Shown here in pieces: positions 1-7,026 of a stretch of DNA of 64,000 bases. The position numbers and the translations under genes were made by a program. The notes beneath the pieces are model-generated. The model was not told the DNA's origin and searched no databases. It saw only the letters and a program-made list of their open reading frames with translations. Position 1 is the stretch's first letter, and each line of letters starts with the position of its first letter. Source of the stretch: an uncultured bacterium (lineage in GTDB: Bacteria > Chlamydiota > Chlamydiia > Chlamydiales > CAZBXE01). The DNA is taken from contig CAZBXE010000002.1 of the NCBI GenBank assembly GCA_964496125.1, forward strand, positions 12,383-76,382, given 5' to 3'.

Positions 1-237
1 CAGAAAGATGAAGCGTTTCCCATCCGTGGTATTGTGAAGATGTATAACCGCCCCATTAAGAATAAACCAGGGGATTATATGCTCATCGACCGCACAGATA
101 AACTGCCCCTTGGCTTTTTGTACAGCACAGTTGTAAACCTACAAGAATATGTAGGACAAGAAGTGACTGTATATGTCGTAGGCAGGCCCAATCAACACTT
201 CGCCTATCCAGCTTACTACACACTCGCAGTGGAGTAA
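1..237 (+). CDS. 3' end of an unidentified gene that runs off the left edge
   Basis: Frame 1 is open from base 1 (QKDEAFPIRGIVKMYNRP...) to the TAA at 235-237, followed by a hairpin terminator. No family recognised. Confidence 0.4.
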   Translation, partial: QKDEAFPIRGIVKMYNRPIKNKPGDYMLIDRTDKLPLGFLYSTVVNLQEYVGQEVTVYVVGRPNQHFAYPAYYTLAVE

Positions 238-252
238 TCCCCCTCTATACAC

Positions 253-284
253 AAGTCACCACCCAAACCCTTGGGTGGTGACTT
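253..284. terminator. Bidirectional hairpin terminator between convergent genes
   Basis: Perfect 14-bp stem aagtcaccacccaa / ttgggtggtgactt with a 4-nt loop (accc), lying between the + gene ending at 237 and rmuC ending at 373. Confidence 0.6.
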
Positions 285-372
285 CTTCCTCTTTCAAATC
301 CTATTCCCCTTACCATGTCCCCACCTCATCATCTGTGCTGCCCCTTTCTCTGCGCGGTTCCTACCGGTTGGA

Positions 373-1617
373 TTAGGGAGTATCGGAAAGGCGGCGGGAA
401 AGGGTTTCTATAGTCTCAGCCAAGGGAATCTCCTGCTCACCACCAGCACCAAGCTCTTGAAACTTACGTGCTGTTACTAGCACCCTCCCCTCCAACGAAC
501 CAACAGTCTTGTTATAAGCCTCTACAGTTCGGTCAAGCCCCTTTTTAATCTCTTCCATGTGACCTGCGAGCACACGTACTCGCTCATAGAGCGTTTTCCC
601 AAGAAGCGCTATCTGCTCTGCGTGCACTGCCATCTTTTCGCTGCGCCATCCATATGCAATAGCTCGCAACAGCGCAATTAATGTTGTAGGTGTCGCCAAA
701 ATTACTTTTCTCTCTACTCCAAACTCAATCAAGCTAGGATCCTGCTCAAGGGCGGCCGAGAAGAAGGTCTCTCCGGGCAGGAAAAGAATTACAAACTCAA
801 GTGTGGTTTCAAACTGATCCCAATATGACTTGGCACCGAGCTGCTGAATATGAAACCGAACCTGCTGCGCATGCTCTTTAAGCTTTGCCTTTCTCACATC
901 GTCCTGTTCCGTCTCAAGCGATTCAAGATAAGCTTGCAATGGGGCTTTCGAATCAATGATTACCTGCCGCTCGTTCGGTAGCTTGATGATCATATCTGGA
1001 CGAATCCGCCGCTCTGTTCCCCCAACCTCCTGCTGCACAAAGTCGCAGTGCTCTAGCATCCCTGCCATCTCTACAACCCGTTTCAGCTGGATTTCTCCCC
1101 ATCTGCCCCGAACATTTGGCATCTTCAACGCCTTGACCAAATTAGAAGTTTCTCTCTGCAGCGAAGAATGGGAATGAGCTATCATCTTAACTTGTTCTGC
1201 AATGCTTGCGTACGCCCCGCTTCTTGCTTTTTCCAAATCTTGCATCTTCCCATCCACCTTCTCTAAGGAATCCTTAATCGGCTTTACAAGATCATCAATT
1301 GCCTTTTGCCGCTCCTGAAGATCTCTCTTAGCAAGATCCTGAAACCCCCTAAACTTTACTGAGGCCAACTCAAGAAATGATTTGTTAGATGCTTCTAAGG
1401 CCTCGGAAGAAAGCGCGCGAAAGGTTCTAGACAACCTTTCCTCTCCCTGTTCGTAAGCCTGCAGTTTAGCTAAGGCCACCTCGAGATCAATTTTCAATTT
1501 ATTTCTTTGTTTTTCAAGATTTCGACAAGCCAGAAGAAATCCGCCTGCAAGTAAGGCTAGGAATACAGAGACAAACGGGTGTTCCATCATACAAGAATCT
1601 TGTACCATAAGACGCAC
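373..1617 (-). CDS. rmuC: DNA recombination protein RmuC
   Basis: N-terminal TM anchor, long coiled coil, then the RmuC nuclease-like core ([24 protein letters not shown]...IIDSKAPL...VILFLPGE). Start uncertain: GTG at 1617, ATG at 1608 or 1590. Confidence 0.85.
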   Translation of the reverse strand: MRLMVQDSCMMEHPFVSVFLALLAGGFLLACRNLEKQRNKLKIDLEVALAKLQAYEQGEERLSRTFRALSSEALEASNKSFLELASVKFRGFQDLAKRDLQERQKAIDDLVKPIKDSLEKVDGKMQDLEKARSGAYASIAEQVKMIAHSHSSLQRETSNLVKALKMPNVRGRWGEIQLKRVVEMAGMLEHCDFVQQEVGGTERRIRPDMIIKLPNERQVIIDSKAPLQAYLESLETEQDDVRKAKLKEHAQQVRFHIQQLGAKSYWDQFETTLEFVILFLPGETFFSAALEQDPSLIEFGVERKVILATPTTLIALLRAIAYGWRSEKMAVHAEQIALLGKTLYERVRVLAGHMEEIKKGLDRTVEAYNKTVGSLEGRVLVTARKFQELGAGGEQEIPLAETIETLSRRLSDTP

Positions 1618-1669
1618 TATATTGTCAGAAAAAATAAAGACTTTACAAATGTTTTATTTATTTTGATTC

Positions 1670-1698
1670 TTGACATTGGGAGTTTAATTTAATATAAT
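1670..1698 (+). promoter_or_regulatory. Consensus sigma70-type promoter for the His-rich gene
   Basis: TTGACA (1670-1675), 17-nt spacer, TATAAT (1693-1698), in an AT-rich intergenic region about 40 nt upstream of the ATG at 1738. Confidence 0.55.
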
Positions 1699-1737
1699 AC
1701 ATTCATTTGTTATACTTAATATATATGGAGAAATAAA

Positions 1738-2346
1738 ATGACTGAATCTTTAACTCTTGCAGATGCCATCTTCGACCCTTCATCCACAACAGAAACAGGA
1801 CTTGTGGTGTCCGGAAGCACACACTCTTATTCAGCTTCTTTGAACCAAGTAGAAAAGCAATCTGCTGAGCTGCTCGCCCTCTGCCTCCAATTCATTGGAA
1901 AACAACCATCCAGAATAGAACTACTGGGCATCAAAAAAGAGTGGATCGAATTTGAAATCGAAGCTCTAAGAATGAAAGAAAAGCTTGAAAAAGAAGGAAC
2001 ATCAGAGCAAAAGGCCGCGTTCAATGCGCTCATCGACAAGACAAAGAACATTTTTTTCGAAATATTGCCAGCTGAGCCACAGCACAAGTCCCATTCCCAT
2101 GGACATTGCCATGGCAAAAAGAAAGGGGAACACAAGTACGATCACCATCATGGGCACCACGGACACCATCACGGGCACCACGGACACCATCACGGGTATC
2201 ACGGGCACCATCACGGGCATCACGGGCACCATCACGGGCATCACGGGCACCATCACGGGCACCACCACCCGCATAACGACCACGGCACCAGTTTTGGACC
2301 AAAAAAACAATATATATCAGATAAATTTAATTTTCTAAAAGTTTAA
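1738..2346 (+). CDS. Histidine-rich (HGHHHGH)n protein, putative metal-binding
   Basis: SD ggag before the ATG. The C-terminal third reads HSHGHCHGKKKGEHKYDHHHGHHGHHHGHHGHHHGYHGHHHGHHGHHHGHHGHHHGHHHPHNDHG. The N-terminal 120 aa are ordinary helical sequence. Confidence 0.8.
   Translation: MTESLTLADAIFDPSSTTETGLVVSGSTHSYSASLNQVEKQSAELLALCLQFIGKQPSRIELLGIKKEWIEFEIEALRMKEKLEKEGTSEQKAAFNALIDKTKNIFFEILPAEPQHKSHSHGHCHGKKKGEHKYDHHHGHHGHHHGHHGHHHGYHGHHHGHHGHHHGHHGHHHGHHHPHNDHGTSFGPKKQYISDKFNFLKV
2158..2262 (+). repeat. Five tandem copies of a 21-bp in-frame repeat (cacggRcaccatcacgggYaY)
   Basis: Units at 2158-2178, 2179-2199, 2200-2220, 2221-2241 and 2242-2262. Units 3 and 4 are identical. Each encodes HGHHHG[HY]. 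Confidence 0.9.
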
Positions 2347-2360
2347 TTGAAGGAGTATAA

Positions 2361-2804
2361 ATGGCTATTTGCATGACAGAATCACAGTTTGAAGATTTAC
2401 AAAGCGCGCTCGGAAAAACTGTAACTATCCAGGAACCTGAAGTCGCTTCTGCGACACAGGCAGTAGAAGCTCTAGGAAACGAGTTTCTTGCCCAGATGCA
2501 AACTTTTACAAACGCACCTAAAAAAACAAAGAGCCGGGAAGAGACTGTAATGGCTCACAAATTCACTCTCTTCAAAGAAGCCGCAGCTCACAGAAAAGCA
2601 GAAATTCAAGAGGAAATCAAGTCTGAGCTCAGAAACTGGAATGAACAGCAGTACGACCTCGTTATTGTAACAGTTGCAGAGCAATACGCTAAGCTATTTA
2701 GCGCAGCCTACCCTCCGGTAAAGCATGACGTAAGATCGAATGCCTTCAAAAACGAAAAAGCTGCTAAGCAGCGTTTCGATGAAATCAAAGCTTTAAGAAC
2801 CTAA
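2361..2804 (+). CDS. Hypothetical protein (147 aa, helical, charged)
   Basis: SD aaggag 5 nt before the ATG; followed by a strong terminator. No family recognised. Confidence 0.6.
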   Translation: MAICMTESQFEDLQSALGKTVTIQEPEVASATQAVEALGNEFLAQMQTFTNAPKKTKSREETVMAHKFTLFKEAAAHRKAEIQEEIKSELRNWNEQQYDLVIVTVAEQYAKLFSAAYPPVKHDVRSNAFKNEKAAKQRFDEIKALRT

Positions 2805-2840
2805 GTTCATGATTGCCTTCCTAATTGGGTGTTAGGAGGT

Positions 2841-2876
2841 CCCCTATCTCTTTTTTTAAAGAGATAGGGGTTTTTT
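2841..2876 (+). terminator. Rho-independent terminator
   Basis: Stem cccctatctcttt / aaagagatagggg with loop tttt, followed by a T6 run. Confidence 0.8.
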
Positions 2877-2877
2877 A

Positions 2878-2906
2878 TTGATTTAAATTAAACAATTTAT
2901 TATAAT
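2878..2906 (+). promoter_or_regulatory. Near-consensus sigma70-type promoter
   Basis: TTGATT (2878-2883), 17-nt spacer, TATAAT (2901-2906), directly after the terminator and about 40 nt before the ATG at 2946. Confidence 0.5.
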
Positions 2907-2945
2907 TTAGTTCATTAAATTAAAATTACTGAGAAGGAGATTTAA

Positions 2946-3449
2946 ATGTATCTAACCTACCCGCCCCCCCAAGAGAAGGCCCCTGTCGTCCAAGAGTGGA
3001 GAGTTCCCCAGGGTGAAAAAGGCGTAAACACCCTGCTCTCCGATCTAGAAAAAACAGGTAGTCAGATGGTTGTCACCTTTGAGCATATCGTATCAAAAGC
3101 CGCACTGAATCAAGACATCGTCTCTTTAGCATACACATTCTCTCAAGGGAAACAAGCAGTTAAGGATGCAATTGCAGAGCAGGAGAAAAACTGTGGCAAA
3201 AATGCAAACTGCGGTAGAACCTCTGCTTCCCAGACCCAATCTCTTCACGAGTCGGTCAAAAAAGTTCGAAAACAGATCGAAAAACTAGGAGAAAAACACA
3301 TTTTTAAAACAGGGGAAAGATTTATGAGCGGTTTCAAAGCCCACACCCCCCTAAACATTGCCGGTGCCATCCGTCTCAAAGCAGACGCTAAGCTTCTCGA
3401 GCCGAAGAGAGACCTCTACTACAAGCTTCTCCAAGTCACCTCAATCTGA
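2946..3449 (+). CDS. Hypothetical protein (167 aa)
   Basis: SD gaaggag upstream of the ATG. No signal peptide and no recognisable domain. Confidence 0.55.
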   Translation: MYLTYPPPQEKAPVVQEWRVPQGEKGVNTLLSDLEKTGSQMVVTFEHIVSKAALNQDIVSLAYTFSQGKQAVKDAIAEQEKNCGKNANCGRTSASQTQSLHESVKKVRKQIEKLGEKHIFKTGERFMSGFKAHTPLNIAGAIRLKADAKLLEPKRDLYYKLLQVTSI

Positions 3450-3596
3450 GAAAAGGCTCTTAATCCAATCTTAACAATTGGAGCGTAAAATCCTGCCGTT
3501 TTGATTAATAATCAGTCTCTTATAAAAGAGTTTTTGTCTGATAACATTCGAAACAACAAGCCAGACAACCCAGGGTTTTGAAGAGAGCTAAAACAC

Positions 3597-4280
3597 ATGC
3601 ATGAACTCGGCAATACTTTTGGCCCCTTCCCTTGGTGGGCAAGCAAAGAGATCCAGGAAGAGGTCAAGGAGAAAATCTATCCCCCAAAAAAACAGGATGT
3701 AGGCCCTCATAAGCAAGACACCCTCCCCAAAGCCGTCGTAGGCGCCGGAAGAGGCCTTCCTCCCCTGCTTGCCAAATTAGAAGCTGAATTTACCAAGATT
3801 CCAGGAGCCAAAAAGAAAAGAAGCAAGGACGAGCTTGTTGTATATGCTTTGCCCCAGAAAAGTCATACCGTGGAAGCCCTCCTTTCTTACGACAAAGACA
3901 CAAAATCTTGCTTTCTTAAGCTTTCCTTCCAAGGATACAACCACAACGAAAGGTGGGAAAAGATCGCAGAAGCCACCCTTCTTCTACACTCTTCTACTAT
4001 TTTGCCCCTTTCAGAAAAGCCAAAGCACCTGGGTGACCCCTTCGAATGGAATAAGAATCAAAGCGTTACCTTCACCTGGCGAGTCAAGACACTAAAGAAG
4101 ATCAAGGAGGCAATCGCCCTATTGCAGTTTTTCCAAGAGCTATCAGGATGGAAGTCCACGGAGCGCGCCTATGATTTTTACAAACTTATGGTAAAGCTTG
4201 GAATACAAGATAAAGTGCAAGATTACTTCGATACAAAGCAAGAGCCGCTCGCCCCATTTCTTCGCTGGCCCTTTGATTAA
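3597..4280 (+). CDS. Hypothetical protein (227 aa)
   Basis: Long ORF in the same orientation as its neighbours. No recognisable motif. Confidence 0.55.
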   Translation: MHELGNTFGPFPWWASKEIQEEVKEKIYPPKKQDVGPHKQDTLPKAVVGAGRGLPPLLAKLEAEFTKIPGAKKKRSKDELVVYALPQKSHTVEALLSYDKDTKSCFLKLSFQGYNHNERWEKIAEATLLLHSSTILPLSEKPKHLGDPFEWNKNQSVTFTWRVKTLKKIKEAIALLQFFQELSGWKSTERAYDFYKLMVKLGIQDKVQDYFDTKQEPLAPFLRWPFD

Positions 4281-4307
4281 ATTAAACGTTCCTTTACCCT
4301 TAAAACT

Positions 4308-4925
4308 ATGTCACCTTGGGTTTTGTTTTTTCTTGGAATGCTTTGTCTTGCTATAGCAAGCAGGTTCGATCTTGCTGTCTCCTCCTTTTTCTACCCCTTC
4401 AGCCACAACAATGCATTTGCCGAGTGGCTCTATCAATATGGCAATTATCCAGCCATGGCCGTTGTTATTGTTTTAACCATTTGGGGATGGCTGCGACCCA
4501 GTGGGCGAAGAGCTATAAGTGTCTTTGTTCTTACCTACATCATCGTGAGCGGCTTTCTCATCAATGGGATTTTTAAAGAATGCTGGGGCCGCCCCCGTCC
4601 TGTGCAAACAGAAGAATTTGGTGGTCCTTACCCGTTCCGGCAATTTTATGAGCCCGAATTCATCTGTAGGCAGCCCAAAAAATCGTTTTCTAGCGGGCAC
4701 GCGGCCTCTGGTTTTATTTTTTTAGCCCTTGTCCCCATCGGAATAAGAACGAGAAAAAAGTTTCTTGTTTGGCTCGGGCTTTTTCTCGGTCTTACTTTAG
4801 GAGGCCTGCTTGGTTGGGCACGTCTTCTGCAAGGTGGACACTATCTGACCGACATCGTAGCTTCGGGGCTCATGGTTCTCCTTACAGCCTCTATGCTATC
4901 CAGGCAGCTCTCTTCTGAAGCTTGA
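4308..4925 (+). CDS. PAP2-family membrane phosphatase
   Basis: All three PAP2 motifs are present: KECWGRPRP (Kx6RP), SFSSGH (PSGH) and RLLQGGHYLTD (Rx5Hx3D). Multiple TM segments. Confidence 0.8.
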   Translation: MSPWVLFFLGMLCLAIASRFDLAVSSFFYPFSHNNAFAEWLYQYGNYPAMAVVIVLTIWGWLRPSGRRAISVFVLTYIIVSGFLINGIFKECWGRPRPVQTEEFGGPYPFRQFYEPEFICRQPKKSFSSGHAASGFIFLALVPIGIRTRKKFLVWLGLFLGLTLGGLLGWARLLQGGHYLTDIVASGLMVLLTASMLSRQLSSEA

Positions 4926-4962
4926 AGCAAAGTCTAATCTTTGGTACGCTCCTCTGGATCGA

Positions 4963-6198
4963 ATGTATTTTAGATCTAGAACAAAGGCAATTATTCTAAT
5001 GTCAAACCACATTACAGCTATTAGACCACGACAAAGCCACGGGCCTACACCTGCTTATTACCGTTATATCAAGAGGAAATATACCATATGGCCTAAAGAG
5101 ATCCCAGGAGCAGAACAAAAAATGGGAGAAAAGAGAGCCCTCTGCACGATCATCAACGACTTTCTTGCCAACCGAGATCCCGCCGAACTTGTGATGAACA
5201 AAAAAATTACTCAAAAAAAGCGCACCCTCTATCTACACTTGGACAAGACAGAACAAAAGATGCTGCTTGTCATATACGGGGAAGAACCAAGTTGCTTTGG
5301 TACAAATCTTAAAAGTTATTTCCCTGCAAAAACACTAGAGATAAAAATAGCTCGTAAAAAAGATGCTCATTTCTACGACTCTGTCCTCATGCGGATTAAT
5401 GATATAAAAAATGGCCTTGATTTTTCACTGAGGTGTTTTTTAGAGGGAAATGCCACATTAATTTCCCTCCACAAGAAATGTGAGAGAGAGCAGCCACAAG
5501 ACGTCTATCTTGCCCCTCCTTTTGACCAACTAGATGTCAACCTCTTTACGCAAAAGCGCTTACTAGGCTCAATGCAAACCTTTTTTTGCGATCCTAGAAG
5601 CAATGGGCTTCACATTCCTTTGTATCAGAAAGTCGTTTCTACTGTTAAATGGGTAAACGATCAGGGAATTGTCCATCGTGATATAAAATTTGACAACTTT
5701 CTTATTCAGCAAAACCCTGATCAAACCTTCACACCACTCCTTACAGACTTTGATTTATCTGGCAACTTTGGAACAGAAAAAAGCGGTTGGTCCAAGGAAG
5801 AGTATCCCCTATGGGATCCATGCTGCAGCTATCGTGGGGTAAAAGCCCTAACCGATGTGTATAGCATTACCTGTATGTACCTTCTGACCTGGACGCAAGT
5901 AACCACATCAGAACTTTCCAGTAAACGTGATCTTATCATGGCATACACAGAAAACCAGAAACGATTTCATTTGCAAGGCACTACCTGGAATGGAGTAACA
6001 TTTGAAAACCTTACTCAGAGAAGTCGGTTGCGAGTACGTCTTTTTGTTCACGTTTGCCAAGAAAGCGCAAAGCTAGCCTTTCACTTCCACAAGATCAAGG
6101 GCCCTATCAGTCACGAGGAAGCAAAATCCGCTCTTATCCAACTCAACACCCCTGATTTCTGGCCAGCAATTAACACCCTTGTCGGTAAATCTTCATAA
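4963..6198 (+). CDS. Eukaryotic-like protein kinase-fold protein (atypical)
   Basis: Catalytic loop HRDIKFDN (5674-5697) and DFD in place of DFG (5746-5754). Candidate beta3 Lys in LEIKIARKK. The glycine-rich loop is degenerate. Confidence 0.65.
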   Translation: MYFRSRTKAIILMSNHITAIRPRQSHGPTPAYYRYIKRKYTIWPKEIPGAEQKMGEKRALCTIINDFLANRDPAELVMNKKITQKKRTLYLHLDKTEQKMLLVIYGEEPSCFGTNLKSYFPAKTLEIKIARKKDAHFYDSVLMRINDIKNGLDFSLRCFLEGNATLISLHKKCEREQPQDVYLAPPFDQLDVNLFTQKRLLGSMQTFFCDPRSNGLHIPLYQKVVSTVKWVNDQGIVHRDIKFDNFLIQQNPDQTFTPLLTDFDLSGNFGTEKSGWSKEEYPLWDPCCSYRGVKALTDVYSITCMYLLTWTQVTTSELSSKRDLIMAYTENQKRFHLQGTTWNGVTFENLTQRSRLRVRLFVHVCQESAKLAFHFHKIKGPISHEEAKSALIQLNTPDFWPAINTLVGKSS

Positions 6199-6201
6199 CC
6201 G

Positions 6202-6972
6202 CTAAGAAATAGAACTAAGCCATAAACGGAAGTTCAAAAGAAGAGCCATAAAGACATACCCAAAAGCACACAGAAAAAATGCTATTGGGAAGTAGTAGAG
6301 AAACCCATAAAAAAGAAATACAGCTGATACAACAAATGCAAACACACGCTTAAAGGATGAAACGCGAATCTCAAGTGTTTTAAGGCTTGGAAAATGTAGG
6401 TGGCTAATCATGAGATAACCAATCGAAAAGAACATCACCGTTAAAAAAAGGATCTGAGCCGTTTTACCAAAGACCATAAAGTGAGCAAAATCCTCTGAAA
6501 GAACAAACACCGTAGAAGACAAGATGCAAGCTGCCGCTGCAGGAATGGGAAGGCCTAAAAAGAACGAGCCCCCCAGCTTATCCTCGTCCGTCATGACAGA
6601 AAACCGGACAAGCCGAAGTACACCACTTAATGCATAGACCATAGCAGAGCTAGTCAAGAGGAAAGAGAGCCATGTGCTTTCTGGAACGGGCAAGCTCTTT
6701 AAGGCTAAAGCAGCCGGCGCAACCCCAAAAGAGATCGAGTCAGCAAGCGAGTCAAAAAGTCCCCCAAAGGCGCTCTCTTGCTTCAAAGCTCTCGCAATAG
6801 CGCCATCAATGAGGTCGGCAAGAGCCGCCACAAGCAAAAGAGCGATTACAATCATGAGCAACGTATAACTCATCTCTCCCGGAGGCGTCATGTTGATCTT
6901 AAAGATGGCAAAAAGACCGCAAGTAAGTCCGAAAGCTGTGACGATATTTGGAAGTATAGGTACTTGTTTCAT
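6202..6972 (-). CDS. pssA: CDP-diacylglycerol--serine O-phosphatidyltransferase (CDP-alcohol phosphatidyltransferase family)
   Basis: Motif DGAIARALKQESAFGGLFDSLAD (DGx2ARx8Gx3Dx3D) in a polytopic membrane protein. The ORF is open to 7041, but the ATG at 6972 (MKQVPILPNIV...) avoids overlap with the divergent gene. Confidence 0.8.
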   Translation of the reverse strand: MKQVPILPNIVTAFGLTCGLFAIFKINMTPPGEMSYTLLMIVIALLLVAALADLIDGAIARALKQESAFGGLFDSLADSISFGVAPAALALKSLPVPESTWLSFLLTSSAMVYALSGVLRLVRFSVMTDEDKLGGSFFLGLPIPAAAACILSSTVFVLSEDFAHFMVFGKTAQILFLTVMFFSIGYLMISHLHFPSLKTLEIRVSSFKRVFAFVVSAVFLFYGFLYYFPIAFFLCAFGYVFMALLLNFRLWLSSIS

Positions 6973-7026
6973 ATGGGTTATAGCGTTATAGTACATGAAA
7001 GCAAACTTAAGGTGCAAGCTGGTAGC

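Noticed and set aside
1827-2338. Four overlapping ORFs (1827-2135 minus, 1985-2338 plus, 2002-2310 minus, 2030-2302 minus) across the His-repeat region
   Set aside because: They are open only because the CAC/CAT/GGC repeat lacks stop codons in other frames. They have no SD or sensible N-termini, and the His frame has an SD, a promoter and a normal N-terminal domain.
6778-7026. 83-codon N-terminal extension of the M16C peptidase ORF
   Set aside because: It lies antisense over the pssA coding region and encodes K/R/S-rich nonsense. The ATG at 7027 gives a typical PreP-like N-terminus.
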